Of a stretch of 64,000 nucleotides of DNA, positions 23,477 to 33,934 are shown in pieces. The notes below the pieces were generated by a model. The model ran no database searches. It saw only the letters and a program-made list of their open reading frames with translations, and was not told the DNA's origin. The stretch is from an uncultured Acidobacteriota bacterium (GTDB lineage: Bacteria > Acidobacteriota > Polarisedimenticolia > Polarisedimenticolales > JAIQFR01): positions 10,857-74,856 of the forward strand of contig CALMJU010000081.1 in the NCBI GenBank assembly GCA_937864465.1, written 5' to 3'. The translations under genes were made by a program, and so were the position numbers. The stretch's first letter is position 1. Each line of letters opens with the position of its first letter.

Positions 23477-25590
23477 TAGGGTCTCCTGTCGGCGTCACCG
23501 GGAAGCTCCCGGATGTCGAAGTAGCGGGTCAGAAGGGAACCCAGCCTCGCCAGCAGCTCGTGCCGTTGATAGGTCCCCTGCGGGTCCTCCGGATCCACGA
23601 CGAGCACCTCGTCGAAGAAAGCGGCAACGGGCTCTGCGAAGTCCGCGAGATGGTCCAGCACCTCGGCGTACGCCCGCCGGTCCGCGGCGGTCCGGATCGC
23701 GGGCTCCTCGCGGCCGATCGTCTCCTCGAGCCGGCGGGCCGCCCCGGCCGCCGCGATCGCCGCGCCCGGCGCCCATCCCGCGTCCGCGCTCCGCTCGATC
23801 AGCGCCGCCGTCTGTCTCAGGATGTTCGAGGCGCGCTTCGTGAGCTCCACGAGCTTCCGGAAATCCGCCCTCTCCCGCACCGCGCGCACCGCCTCGAGCC
23901 TCGCCAGGACGTCGCCCAAGGGGAGGGCGGCCGCCGCGGTCCCGCCGCCGGCCTGAAGGACGGCGTCGATCTCGTGGAGCGTGAATCCCCGCTCGCGGAG
24001 GAAGTCGCCGAGGCGCTGCTCGAGATACGCGAAGATCTCGCTCCGCTGCTCTCCACCGGTCGCCAGCGCGCTCAGCTCCCACAGCGCCCCGATCGAGACG
24101 CCCCAGGAGCGCTCGCACGCGATCCGGAAGATTCCCGCCGTCGCCCGTCGCAGGCCGAAGGGATCGCGAGAGCCCGTCGGCCGCTCCCCCACCGCCAGGA
24201 GCGACGCCACGGCGTCGAGCTTGTCCGCCACCGACAGCACGGCCCCGAGCTCCGTGGCCGGCGGGTCGTCGTCGGGCCCTCGAGGCCGGTAGTGCTCGTA
24301 CACCGCCGCCGCGACCCTCTCGTCCACCCCCTCGCGGCGGAGCAGGAGTCCACCGACGACCCCTTGCAGCTCCGGGAACTCGGCGACCAGGCCGGTGAGG
24401 AGATCCGCCTTGCAGAGGAGCGACGCCCGCTCCGCCGCGCCCTTCTCCTCCTCCGGGAGCCCGAGCTGCCGTGCCAGCGCCCCGGCCAGCCCGGCGACCC
24501 GCTCCGCCTTCTCCCGGTACGTTCCGAGCTTCTCGTGGTAGACGATCCCGTCGAGCCGCGCGACGCGCGACGCCAGCTCCGTCTTCCCGTCCTCGCCCCA
24601 GAAGAACCTCGCGTCCTCGAGGCGGCCGCCCACGACCCACTCGTTCCCCCGGCGGACGTGTCCCGCGGGATCCCGATCGGTGTTCGCCACGGCGAGAAAG
24701 ACCGGCAGGAGGCGACCGTCGCGCTGCACCGAGAAGGCCTTCTGATGGTGGCGAAGGGTGGCCACGAGGACTTCCCTGGGCAGGTCGAGATACTCCGCCG
24801 CGAAGCGGCCCGTCACGACTCCCGGCCACTCGACGAGGTCCGCCACCTCCTCGAGGAGCCGCTCGTCCTCCACGATCTCGCCGCTCTCGGCCGCGGCGGC
24901 CTCGGCGAGCTGACGCGCCAAGGTGCCGCGGCGCGCCGCCGGATCCGCGAGGACGAACGCCCGCTCCAGCTCGGCGGCGTAGACTCCCGCGTCCGCGATC
25001 CGCACGGCGCCGGGCGCCAGGAACCGATGGCCCCGAGAGTGCCGGTCCGCCTCGATCCCGAACAGGACCAGCGGCAGCACCTCGCCGCCGTGCAGGGCGA
25101 CGATCCAGTGCACGGGGCGGACCCAGCGGTGCGCGCCCTCGCCCCAGCGCATCGTCTTGGGGAACGACATGCCACCCACCGCCTGCTCCAGCCCCGCGCC
25201 GAGGACCTCTCCCACCGACCGTCCGCGGACCGTCCTGCGGAACGCCGAGTACTCCCCCTTGTCCGTCCGCACGGCCACGAGGCAGGCAGGCGGGATCCCG
25301 TGCTTCCGCGCGAACCCGACCGCGGCGGCGGTCGGCGATCCGTCCCCCGCGAACGCGGCCCGGGCCGGCGGCCCGAGCACGGTCTCCTCCCGGTCGGCCT
25401 GCCTCTCCTCCACCCCCTCCACGCGGACGGCGAGCCTCCTCGATCCGCCCCACGCCGAGGCGTCCCCGTGGGCGAGCCCCGCCTGATCCAGGATCGCGAC
25501 GATCCGGCGGCCGAGGCTCTCCGCCGCTCCCGCGATCCCTCCCGCCGGGATCTCCTCGCAGCCGATCTCGATGAGGAGAGGGGCGCTCAC
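23476..25590 (-). CDS. glyS: glycine--tRNA ligase beta subunit
   Basis: 704 aa from GTG 25590, which overlaps the glyQ stop (GTGA): [18 protein letters not shown]...[10 protein letters not shown]...HRFLAPG. The TAA stop overlaps the ppdK ATG by 1 nt. Confidence 0.95.
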   Translation of the reverse strand: MSAPLLIEIGCEEIPAGGIAGAAESLGRRIVAILDQAGLAHGDASAWGGSRRLAVRVEGVEERQADREETVLGPPARAAFAGDGSPTAAAVGFARKHGIPPACLVAVRTDKGEYSAFRRTVRGRSVGEVLGAGLEQAVGGMSFPKTMRWGEGAHRWVRPVHWIVALHGGEVLPLVLFGIEADRHSRGHRFLAPGAVRIADAGVYAAELERAFVLADPAARRGTLARQLAEAAAAESGEIVEDERLLEEVADLVEWPGVVTGRFAAEYLDLPREVLVATLRHHQKAFSVQRDGRLLPVFLAVANTDRDPAGHVRRGNEWVVGGRLEDARFFWGEDGKTELASRVARLDGIVYHEKLGTYREKAERVAGLAGALARQLGLPEEEKGAAERASLLCKADLLTGLVAEFPELQGVVGGLLLRREGVDERVAAAVYEHYRPRGPDDDPPATELGAVLSVADKLDAVASLLAVGERPTGSRDPFGLRRATAGIFRIACERSWGVSIGALWELSALATGGEQRSEIFAYLEQRLGDFLRERGFTLHEIDAVLQAGGGTAAAALPLGDVLARLEAVRAVRERADFRKLVELTKRASNILRQTAALIERSADAGWAPGAAIAAAGAARRLEETIGREEPAIRTAADRRAYAEVLDHLADFAEPVAAFFDEVLVVDPEDPQGTYQRHELLARLGSLLTRYFDIRELPGDADRRP

Positions 25591-26510
25591 GACCTGCTCC
25601 CGGCGTCCGATCCCGAGAGGAGCGGGAAACCGGCCTCCTCCCGCTGCCGGAGGTACGCCTCGGCGCACCGGCACGCGAGGCGGCGGATCCTCTGGATGGA
25701 GGCCGCGCGCTCCGTCACGCTGAGGGCCCCCCTCGCGTCGAGAACGTTGAAGAGGTGCGAGCACTTGAGAGCGGCCTCGTACGCGGGAACGACGAGGGGC
25801 GCGGCGCGCTCTTCCCCCTCCGCCCGCACGGTCCGGGACAGCAGCCGCTTCGCCTCCGCCTCCCACCGCTCGAACTGTCCGCGAAAGAGAGCCACGTCGG
25901 CCTCGCGGAAGCTGTAGGCCGAATGCTCCACCTCCTCGCGTCGCCTGACCTCGCCGTAGGTCACCGAGTCGCTCCACGGGATCTCGAAGATGCTCCGGAT
26001 GTCGTTCAGGAACATGCAGATCCGCTCGAGACCGTAGGTCAGCTCCACCGAGATCGGCGACAGCTCGAAGCCGCCCGCCTGCTGGAAGTACGTGAACTGC
26101 GAGATCTCCATCCCGTCCATCAGGACCTGCCAGCCGACGCCGGCGGCCCCGAGGGTCGGCGACTCCCAGTTGTCTTCCTCGAAGCGGATGTCGTGCTCGA
26201 GCGGGTCGACTCCGAACGCCCGGAGCGAGTCGAGGTAGAGATCCTGCACGTCGAGGGGGGCCGGCTTCAGGATCACCTGGAACTGGTAGTGCTTGTACAC
26301 GCGCATCGGGTTCTCGCCGTAGCGCCCGTCGCACGGACGGCGCGAAGGCTGGCAGAAGGCGACGCGCCACGGCTCCGGGCCGAGCACCCGGAAGAAGGTG
26401 TCTGGGTGCATCGTTCCCGCTCCCACCTCGAGATCGTAGGGCTGCTGGAGGACGCACCCCTTGCCGGCCCAGTGGGCCTGGATGGAGAGGAGCAGCTGTT
26501 GGAACGTCAT
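25587..26510 (-). CDS. glyQ: glycine--tRNA ligase alpha subunit
   Basis: 307 aa from ATG 26510: [48 protein letters not shown]...[10 protein letters not shown]. The match to GlyQ is strong. Confidence 0.97.
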   Translation of the reverse strand: MTFQQLLLSIQAHWAGKGCVLQQPYDLEVGAGTMHPDTFFRVLGPEPWRVAFCQPSRRPCDGRYGENPMRVYKHYQFQVILKPAPLDVQDLYLDSLRAFGVDPLEHDIRFEEDNWESPTLGAAGVGWQVLMDGMEISQFTYFQQAGGFELSPISVELTYGLERICMFLNDIRSIFEIPWSDSVTYGEVRRREEVEHSAYSFREADVALFRGQFERWEAEAKRLLSRTVRAEGEERAAPLVVPAYEAALKCSHLFNVLDARGALSVTERAASIQRIRRLACRCAEAYLRQREEAGFPLLSGSDAGSRS

Positions 26511-27283
26511 GAGGGATCCCGATCCGCCGCCCTCGTCGCGCGCTCCAGGTGACGGTACGCGCGGAAGGAGCGCTCCGTGAACGCCTCGATCGCCCCCCGG
26601 AGGAGAGCCTCGAGCGCCCCGCCCGGGCGGCTCGCCTCCCGGTGCGTTGCCATCTCCGAGGGGCCCCGGGCGGCGGCCTCGCGGAGGAACTCGAGATCCT
26701 CGCGCGAGAGCGTCCCCCTCCGCCCCCCGGCCGCCCGCTCGCACGCCGCGCACAGCGCGAACCCGCGCGCCTCCACGGGAATCCCCGCGGCCCCGCGCAG
26801 CTCTGCGCCGCAGGCCCCGCACGAGGACACGTCCGGCAGGAGACCGTGCAGCCTCAGGGTCCAGTACTCGAAGTAGCGCACCGCCACCCATGGATCGAGC
26901 CCGCCCTCGAGCGCGTCCAGGACGGCGCCGAGGAGACGGAACCCCTTCGGATCCGGTTCCTCCTCGCTCGCCAACGCCCCGGCGATCTCCGCCAGCACCG
27001 CGCAGGCGGCCTGCGTTGCCGGCTCCGACTGCATCGAGGAAAAGGACCGCGCCGGCTCGAGCGACTCGATGCGGTGCAGCTCGCGACCCTCCCGCTCGGA
27101 CCATGCCGCCCGGACGCGCGTCATCGGATCCAGGGCCCCCCCGAACCGCCGCCGGCTGCGCTTGGCGGAAGCCGCCACGCCCCGGAGCCGGCCCGCGTGC
27201 TCGGCCAGAAGCGTCACGATCAGGTCCGCCTCTCCCAGCGCCTGGGTCCGCAGGACGTACGCCTCGTCGCTCCGCCGGGCCAA
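26507..27283 (-). CDS. recO: DNA repair protein RecO
   Basis: 258 aa from TTG 27283, with a GAGAGGGG SD: [30 protein letters not shown] (OB-fold N-terminus). The Cys cluster is CGACG...CAAC. It occupies the conserved era-recO-glyQS position. Confidence 0.92.
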   Translation of the reverse strand: MARRSDEAYVLRTQALGEADLIVTLLAEHAGRLRGVAASAKRSRRRFGGALDPMTRVRAAWSEREGRELHRIESLEPARSFSSMQSEPATQAACAVLAEIAGALASEEEPDPKGFRLLGAVLDALEGGLDPWVAVRYFEYWTLRLHGLLPDVSSCGACGAELRGAAGIPVEARGFALCAACERAAGGRRGTLSREDLEFLREAAARGPSEMATHREASRPGGALEALLRGAIEAFTERSFRAYRHLERATRAADRDPS

Positions 27284-27355
27284 GACGCACCCCTCTCTTG
27301 CCGCTCCGTTTCCAGGAGCGGCACGAAATTCTAGCAGACCGCGTCGTCCGCGCCC

Positions 27356-28267
27356 CTACTCGATCCCGAGCTCCCGCAGCACGCTCGGGTCGTCCCGCCA
27401 GTCGCTCCTCGCCCGGACGCGGAGCCCCAGGTAGACGCGCGCCCCCAGCATCCGCTCGATCTCCCGCCGCGCCTCCGTCCCCGCCTGCTTGAGCAGCGCG
27501 CCCCCCTTCCCCACGACGATCGCCTTCTGCGACTCGCGCTCCACCAGGATCGTCGCCTCGATCTCGACGAGGCCGTCCGGACGGGATCGCCAGCTCTCCA
27601 CGAGGACGGCCACGACGTGCGGGATCTCCTGCCGCGTTCGCAGGAGGATCTTCTCGCGGATCCACTCCGCCGCGAGGTCCCGCTCCCGCTGGTCGGTCAG
27701 GTAGTCCTCGGAGAGCCAGGGCTCCGCCTCCGGGAGCGACGAGAACACCCGATCGAGCAGCTCGGGGCAGCCCTCGCCGGTGGCCGCGGAGACCGGGAAC
27801 GTCTCTCCGAGCCCCCAGTCCTCGCACAGCGTCCGCATCATCGGGAGGAGGCGGGACTTCGGCCGCACGAGGTCGACCTTGTTCAGCACCCCGAGCGCCG
27901 GCGTCCCCGCCCCTCGCACGAGGGCGGCCACGCTCTCGTCCCCCTCCCCCGGGCCGCGCGCCGCGTCCACGACGAGCAGCACGAGGTCCACGTCGCGGAT
28001 GCTGCGCCGCGCGTTCTCGACCATCACGCGATTCATGCGCCGCTCCGGGACGTGGAAGCCCGGCGTGTCCACGAACAACGCCTGCCCGCGCCCGGCGACG
28101 CGGAGCGCTCCGACGATTCTGCGACGCGTCGTCTGCGCGACCGGCGAGACGGCGGCGATCTTCTCCCCGACGAGCCGGTTCAGCAGCGTGGACTTCCCGA
28201 CGTTCGTCCACCCCGCGATGGACACGAACCCGCTGCGCTCCCGCGGCGGCCCGGCGTCCTCGCTCAA
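27356..28267 (-). CDS. era: GTPase Era
   Basis: 303 aa from TTG 28267, which overlaps the ybeY stop (TTGA). It has G1 [11 protein letters not shown]3 DTPG, G4 NKVD, and a C-terminal KH domain (VGKGGALLK). The start is less certain than the gene. Confidence 0.93.
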   Translation of the reverse strand: MSEDAGPPRERSGFVSIAGWTNVGKSTLLNRLVGEKIAAVSPVAQTTRRRIVGALRVAGRGQALFVDTPGFHVPERRMNRVMVENARRSIRDVDLVLLVVDAARGPGEGDESVAALVRGAGTPALGVLNKVDLVRPKSRLLPMMRTLCEDWGLGETFPVSAATGEGCPELLDRVFSSLPEAEPWLSEDYLTDQRERDLAAEWIREKILLRTRQEIPHVVAVLVESWRSRPDGLVEIEATILVERESQKAIVVGKGGALLKQAGTEARREIERMLGARVYLGLRVRARSDWRDDPSVLRELGIE

Positions 28268-28731
28268 CCTCCGCTCCCCCGGCCTCCCCCGGACGCCTCT
28301 CTCGCCCCTCGCACCAGCTCGCGGGCGAGACGGCGCTCGAGCCGCCGCATCGCGCCGCCGTCCGTCTCGTGGTCGTGGCCGAGAAGGTGCAGGTAGCCGT
28401 GCAGGAGGAGGATCCGCACCTCGACGGCCGGCGGGTGCCCTCGCCGCTCGGCCTGCCGGGCCGCCGTTGCCCACGACACCGCCAGGTCCCCGAGGTGCAC
28501 GCCCCCCTCGGGAAGACGCTCTCCCGAGGGGAACGCCAGCACGTCCGTCGCGGCGTCCTTGCCGCGATACCTGCGATTCATCCCTCGGATCGCGCGGTCC
28601 CCCACGAGGGCCACGTCCACGGTGCGCCTCCCGGCGCCCGGCGGGGGAAGGCGGGAGGCGACGCGGCGCAGGAACCTCTCGAGGCCCGCTGCGGGCGGCG
28701 CCCCCCGCACCCCGGCCGTCCTCACCGTCAC
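28264..28731 (-). CDS. ybeY: rRNA maturation endoribonuclease YbeY
   Basis: About 155 aa from GTG 28731. The zinc motif [11 protein letters not shown] is present, preceded by ATDVLAFP. The rest of the very long track ORF 28264..31032 is an alternate frame of pgpH. Confidence 0.9.
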   Translation of the reverse strand: MTVRTAGVRGAPPAAGLERFLRRVASRLPPPGAGRRTVDVALVGDRAIRGMNRRYRGKDAATDVLAFPSGERLPEGGVHLGDLAVSWATAARQAERRGHPPAVEVRILLLHGYLHLLGHDHETDGGAMRRLERRLARELVRGAREASGGGRGSGG

Positions 28732-28769
28732 GACGAGCCGCGAGCGCCGACCTCCCGCCGCCGTGCGCC

Positions 28770-31127
28770 TCACCGGGCGGGGCCTCTCGCCCCCCGCCGT
28801 TCCGGCGGCTCCGAGGTGCCGCGGCCGTTCCCCCGCGGGCCCCTCCCGAAGTCGAAGCCCGGGTAGTCGACGCGATGGTGGTACATGCTGGCCAGCGCCC
28901 GCAGGAACGCCGCCTCGATCTTCTCCAGGTCCGCAAACGTCAGATCGCACTCGTCGAGCTGGCGGTCGAGAACGATCGCCCGGGTCACCTTGTGGACGAC
29001 TTCTCCGAGGCGTCCGGGAGTGGGATCGTCCACCGTGCGCGCGGCGGCCTCCACCGCGTCGGACAGCATGAAGATGGCCGCCTCCCGTGTCTGCGGCTTC
29101 GGTCCCGGATACCGGAAGTCGGCCTCCGACACGGGGCCGAGCGACGGATCGGCCGATCGCCGGGCCTTGTCGTAGAAGTACCCCATCACGCGCGTCCCGT
29201 GGTGCTGCGGCACGATGTCGACGATCTGCTCCGGGAGCCCGGCTTCCTGCGCGAGACGGATCCCGTCCTTCACGTGCGCGGAGATGATCAGCGCGGACAT
29301 GTACGGGGACAGCCGGTCGTGCGGGTTCTGACCCCTCTGGTTCTCGACGTAGTACTCCGGCTTCCGGATCTTGCCGATGTCGTGGTAGAAGGCGGCCACG
29401 CGGCAGAACAGCGAGTTCGCCCCGATGCTCTTCGCCGCTTCCTCGGCGAGCGTTCCCACGATGAGGCTGTGGTTGTACGAGCCGGGAGCCTTGACCGCGA
29501 ACTGCGACAGCAGCGGATTGTTGATGTTCGAGAGCTCGAGCAGCCGGACGTCCGTCAGGACCCGGAAGAGGCCCTCGAAGAGCGGGAGCGCGAAGGAGAC
29601 CAGGAGGCCGGTGCCCAACGCGCCCCCCGCGAACGCCAGCGTCGCGCCGTACAGGGCCGCCGCCAAGGAGCCGAGCCCCCCCCGCAACCCCTCGACCGCC
29701 AGCGCCGCCGCCGCGCCGGCGAGCCCCGCGAGCAGCCCCGCCCGGAGGAGCGCGGACCGCTCGCGGTAGGTTGTGATCGCGTACACGCCCGCCCACTGGA
29801 CCAGGAGGGCCCAGATCAGCGCGTACGCGTCGAACCCCCGCATCGCGCCGAACAGCAGCGCGGTGAACGCCGAGAAGACCATCGAGATCCGCCCGTTCGC
29901 GAGGAGAGCGACCAAGATCGCGCCCCCCGCCATCGGGACGACGTAGGCGTAGCTCCGGGGATCGTCGAACGGCGGCCCGAGATCGCTCACGGCCCCGTGG
30001 ACGATCCAGAAGACCGCCCGGGCGAGGAGGAGCATCGAGAGGATCGCGATCACGAGCAGCGCGTGGAGATTGCGGACCTTCCGGAAGTGCCTCTGGTGGT
30101 ACCTCGTGTAGCGGAACAGGAAGAACGCGAGCATCCCCACCAGGATCAGGAGCCCCGCGAGCTCCGGCGCCCGCGCGGCGCGCGAGGGCCGCGCCGACCG
30201 GGCCACCTCGAGACGCGCCAGCGTCTCGGCGGTGACGGTCTCGCCCGCGCGCACGAGCATGGTTCCGGCCGGGACGGCCTCGAGCACCGGCGCGACCTCG
30301 CGCTGCGCGGCCCTGCGGCGCTCCTCCGTGGCCCGGGGATCGAACGAGAGGTTCGCCTGCACGAACGCCGCTGCGATGTCGCCGAGCGCCTGCCGGCTCG
30401 CCGCCGGGATCGACGCCCTCGCGACGACCGCCTCGCGGGCGATCCGTCGCGCCTCGTCGAGATCGAGGATCGCGGAGAAGTCGGAGATCCGCTCCTCGCC
30501 GCGCCCCGGCTCGCGAACCACGAGGATCGCAGCGGCGCCGGCGAGCGCCGCGCGCCCCCCGACGATCGGTCGCGCCATGGTATCCGCGACGATGGCGCGC
30601 AGGTCCCTCTCCACGCTCGCGGAGAAGCCGGTCTCGACGAGGCTCCTCAGCGCGGGGACGGCCCTCTCCTCCCCGACCGCGACCCGGAGGGAGGCGCCTC
30701 CCTCCGGCGTCCTCCCGCTCTCGAGATCGAGGCGCCCCCGCCGGAAGACGTCGCCCAAGGCCTCGGACGCGCGCGCCCCTCCCTCGGCGTCGAGAAAGAA
30801 GACGGGCGGCACCCCGGCCGCCGCCTCCCGGCGGCGATCCGCGGTCCGCTCCAGATCCACGAGCCGGATCGGCTCGCGGGCGACGACGTCCCGCCGGAGC
30901 GTCTGCCCCTCGACGAGGAGATCCAGAGGCCTCGTCCTTCCGGGGGGCAATCCGAGGACCGCGACCGCGACGACGAAGAAGAGGAGGCTGAAGAACCAGT
31001 CGGAGCCGAGGAGACGATCCGCACTCCGCCAAAGCCCCTCGCGCACGCGCGTCGGGAAGCTCAGCCCCCGGGGGGCCCTCCGCACCTCGTGGCCGCGCTC
31101 CTTCCGGGAAAGCTCGTCCACCGTCAT
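28770..31127 (-). CDS. pgpH: 7TM-receptor/HD-domain membrane phosphohydrolase (PgpH-type, HDIG)
   Basis: 785 aa from ATG 31127, which overlaps the phoH stop (ATGA). It has an N-terminal TM segment plus an extracytoplasmic region, then multiple TM helices. The HD domain follows (GSYNHSLIVGTLAEEAA...AFYHDIGKI...QHHGT). Confidence 0.9.
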   Translation of the reverse strand: MTVDELSRKERGHEVRRAPRGLSFPTRVREGLWRSADRLLGSDWFFSLLFFVVAVAVLGLPPGRTRPLDLLVEGQTLRRDVVAREPIRLVDLERTADRRREAAAGVPPVFFLDAEGGARASEALGDVFRRGRLDLESGRTPEGGASLRVAVGEERAVPALRSLVETGFSASVERDLRAIVADTMARPIVGGRAALAGAAAILVVREPGRGEERISDFSAILDLDEARRIAREAVVARASIPAASRQALGDIAAAFVQANLSFDPRATEERRRAAQREVAPVLEAVPAGTMLVRAGETVTAETLARLEVARSARPSRAARAPELAGLLILVGMLAFFLFRYTRYHQRHFRKVRNLHALLVIAILSMLLLARAVFWIVHGAVSDLGPPFDDPRSYAYVVPMAGGAILVALLANGRISMVFSAFTALLFGAMRGFDAYALIWALLVQWAGVYAITTYRERSALLRAGLLAGLAGAAAALAVEGLRGGLGSLAAALYGATLAFAGGALGTGLLVSFALPLFEGLFRVLTDVRLLELSNINNPLLSQFAVKAPGSYNHSLIVGTLAEEAAKSIGANSLFCRVAAFYHDIGKIRKPEYYVENQRGQNPHDRLSPYMSALIISAHVKDGIRLAQEAGLPEQIVDIVPQHHGTRVMGYFYDKARRSADPSLGPVSEADFRYPGPKPQTREAAIFMLSDAVEAAARTVDDPTPGRLGEVVHKVTRAIVLDRQLDECDLTFADLEKIEAAFLRALASMYHHRVDYPGFDFGRGPRGNGRGTSEPPERRGARGPAR

Positions 31128-32134
31128 CGGGTGTCCCCCTCGACTCCCCCTCTCTCGCGGGGCGCCCTGCCTTCCTTTCGAGACGCGTCGCGACGGTCGT
31201 ACGCGAGGATGATCCGCTGCACCAGCGGGTGCCGCACGACGTCCGTCTCGTCGAAGTTCGCGAGCGCGATCCCCGGAATCCCCGCCAGGAGCTCCCGGCA
31301 CTCGACGAGCCCCGAGAGCCGCTCCGCCGGGAGATCGATCTGCGTCACGTCCCCGGTGACCACCGCCTTCGAATCGAAGCCGATGCGGGTCAGGAACATT
31401 TTCATCTGCTCCGAGGTCGCGTTCTGCCCCTCGTCAAGGATCACGAACGAGTCGTTCAACGTCCGCCCCCTCATGAAGGCGAGCGGGGCGATCTCGATGA
31501 TCCCGCGGTCGAGGAGGCTCTCGATCCGGTCGGGCTCCAGCATGTCGTAGAGCGCGTCGTACAGCGGCCGGAGGTACGGGTCCACCTTCGCCGCGATGTC
31601 GCCGGGCAGGAAGCCGAGCCTCTCGCCGGCCTCGACCGCCGGCCGCGCCAGGATGATCCGCTGGACGCGCTTCTCGTGGAGGAGGGTGATCGCCATCGCG
31701 ACGGCGAGGTACGTCTTCCCCGTTCCGGCCGGTCCGACCGCGATGACGAGGTCGTTGTCCCGCATCGCCTCGAGGTATTCCCGCTGGTGGGCGGACTTGG
31801 GGACCACCGTCTTCCTCGCCGACGGACGCAGTCGCGACTCGACGAAGTGGGCGACGAGGTCGGACGACGGGTCCCTGGCCAGGAGGCCGACCGCCGTCCG
31901 GAAGTCCTCGCGCTGCAGGGCGACTCCCCGGGCGTGGAGGGCCGCGAGCTGCGACAGCAATCGCTCGACGAGCGCCTCGCGATCCTCGGCCTCCGGCCCC
32001 TCCCCTTCGACGAACGCGCGGTCCCCCCGCGCCGTGATGCGGACCCGGAACCGCTCCTCGACGAGGCGCAACGTCGCGTCGAGGCTCCCCGCGAGGACCT
32101 CGAGGACCCGGCCTTCGAGGTGGATCGTCCTCAT
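31124..32134 (-). CDS. phoH: PhoH-like ATPase (YbeZ)
   Basis: 336 aa. It has Walker A VGPAGTGKTYLAV, ERLGFLPGD, FVILDEGQN, and VVTGDVTQIDL. Confidence 0.95.
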   Translation of the reverse strand: MRTIHLEGRVLEVLAGSLDATLRLVEERFRVRITARGDRAFVEGEGPEAEDREALVERLLSQLAALHARGVALQREDFRTAVGLLARDPSSDLVAHFVESRLRPSARKTVVPKSAHQREYLEAMRDNDLVIAVGPAGTGKTYLAVAMAITLLHEKRVQRIILARPAVEAGERLGFLPGDIAAKVDPYLRPLYDALYDMLEPDRIESLLDRGIIEIAPLAFMRGRTLNDSFVILDEGQNATSEQMKMFLTRIGFDSKAVVTGDVTQIDLPAERLSGLVECRELLAGIPGIALANFDETDVVRHPLVQRIILAYDRRDASRKEGRAPRERGGVEGDTR

Positions 32135-32146
32135 CGAGGCCCTCTC

Positions 32147-33934
32147 TCAATCCGCCTCTTCGAGACGGAGCCCGAGGTCGGCGAGCTGCCGCCCGTCCAC
32201 CGGGGCCGGGGAACCGGTCAAGAGACACGAGGCGCTCGTCGTCTTCGGGAACGCGATGACATCCCGGATGGAGTCCGCGCCGACCAGCATGGCGCAGATC
32301 CGGTCGAAGCCGAGGGCGATCCCTCCGTGGGGCGGGGCGCCGGCGTCGAGCGCGCGGAGCAGGAAGCCGAATTTGGCCTCCGCTTCCTCCGCCCCGATCC
32401 CGAGCGCCCGGAAGACGCGCTCCTGAACGTCCCGGCGGTGGATCCGGATGCTCCCTCCCCCGATCTCGGCTCCGTTGAGCACCAGGTCGTACGCCTGCGC
32501 CAGAACCGACGACGGCTCGCCCTCGAGCCGGTCGAGATCCTCCCAGCGCGGCGCCGTGAACGGATGGTGGCAGGCGACCCAGCGCTCCTCCGCCGCGTCC
32601 CACTGCAGCAGCGGGAATCGCTCGACCCACAGGAGGTCCCACCGGTCCTTCGGGGCGAGCCCCATCTCAGCGGCGATCCGGAGGCGGAGGGCGCCAAGCG
32701 CCCGCGCCGCCACCTCGACGGGTCCCGCCACGAGAAGCGCGGCGTCGCCGCGCTCCGCCCCCACCGCTGCGGCCGCCGCGCGCGCCCCGTCCTCGCCCAG
32801 CGCCTTGAGGGCCGGCGAGGATACGGCGCCCCCTTCCTCCGTCCGGATCCAGACGAGCCCGTTCGCCCCGGCCTCCCGAGCCCACGCGCTCCACGCGTCG
32901 AGCATCTTGCGCGAGGCCGACCCCCCGCCCGGAACCGCGATCCCGCGCACGACGCCGCCCTCCGCGAGGGCCGCGTCGAAGACGGCGAATCCCCTCCCCG
33001 CGACCGCGGGCGCGGCGTCGCGGATCTCGAGGCCGAACCGGGTGTCCGGCCGGTCGGTTCCGAACCGATCCATCGCCTCGGCGTAGGACATCCTCGGGAG
33101 CGGCGTCTCGATCTCGACGCCCACCTCCCGCAGCATCGCCGCCACGAGCGGCTCCGCCACGCCGTAGACCTCCGACGGGGTCGCGAACGCCATCTCGAGG
33201 TCGATCTGCGTGAACTCCGGCTGCCGGTCCGCCCGCAGGTCCTCGTCCCGGAAGCATCGCGCGAACTGGTAGTAGCGGTCGAACCCCGCCACCATCAGGA
33301 GCTGCTTGAAGAGCTGGGGCGACTGCGGCAGCGCGTAGAACCGCCCCGGATGCACGCGGCTGGGCACCAGGTAGTCCCGAGCCCCCTCCGGCGTCGACCG
33401 CGTCAGAATCGGCGTCTCGATCTCGAGGAACCCCAGATCGTCGAGAACCCGCCGCGCGGCGCGCGCGAGCGCGTGCCGGGTGCGCAGGGCGCGCTGCAGC
33501 CGGGGCCGCCTGAGGTCCACGTAGCGGTGGGCCAGCCTCGCCTCCTCGTTCGACTCGCTCTCGTCGTCCACGGGAAACGGAACCGCCCTCGCGCGGTTGT
33601 GGATCGCGATCTCCGCCGCGCGGATCTCGACCCGCCCGGTCGGATGGGAGGGATTCACCGCCTCGCGCGGGACCACCGTCCCGCGAACCCCGATCACGTC
33701 CTCCGCGTGGACGTGCTGCGCCGATTCGTGGGCGTCGGGAGCGCTCGACGGATCGAGCACGACCTGGACCCGCCCCGAGCCGTCCCGCACCTCGAGGAAG
33801 ATCAGGTTCCCGAGGTCGCGACGGCGATGCACCCATCCCGTGATCACGACTTCCCGGCGCCCGGCCGCGTCGAACTCGCCGACGAGACCGCACCCGATCG
33901 TTCGGCGGAGCAGAGACGGGGCTTCACTCGCCAT
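32147..33934 (-). CDS. aspS: aspartate--tRNA ligase
   Basis: 595 aa from ATG 33934: ...VVITGWVHRRRDLGNLIFLEVRDGSG (OB anticodon-binding domain). Class II motifs are FRDEDLRADRQPEFTQID and GGGSIRIH. The bacterial insertion domain is present. Confidence 0.96.
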   Translation of the reverse strand: MASEAPSLLRRTIGCGLVGEFDAAGRREVVITGWVHRRRDLGNLIFLEVRDGSGRVQVVLDPSSAPDAHESAQHVHAEDVIGVRGTVVPREAVNPSHPTGRVEIRAAEIAIHNRARAVPFPVDDESESNEEARLAHRYVDLRRPRLQRALRTRHALARAARRVLDDLGFLEIETPILTRSTPEGARDYLVPSRVHPGRFYALPQSPQLFKQLLMVAGFDRYYQFARCFRDEDLRADRQPEFTQIDLEMAFATPSEVYGVAEPLVAAMLREVGVEIETPLPRMSYAEAMDRFGTDRPDTRFGLEIRDAAPAVAGRGFAVFDAALAEGGVVRGIAVPGGGSASRKMLDAWSAWAREAGANGLVWIRTEEGGAVSSPALKALGEDGARAAAAAVGAERGDAALLVAGPVEVAARALGALRLRIAAEMGLAPKDRWDLLWVERFPLLQWDAAEERWVACHHPFTAPRWEDLDRLEGEPSSVLAQAYDLVLNGAEIGGGSIRIHRRDVQERVFRALGIGAEEAEAKFGFLLRALDAGAPPHGGIALGFDRICAMLVGADSIRDVIAFPKTTSASCLLTGSPAPVDGRQLADLGLRLEEAD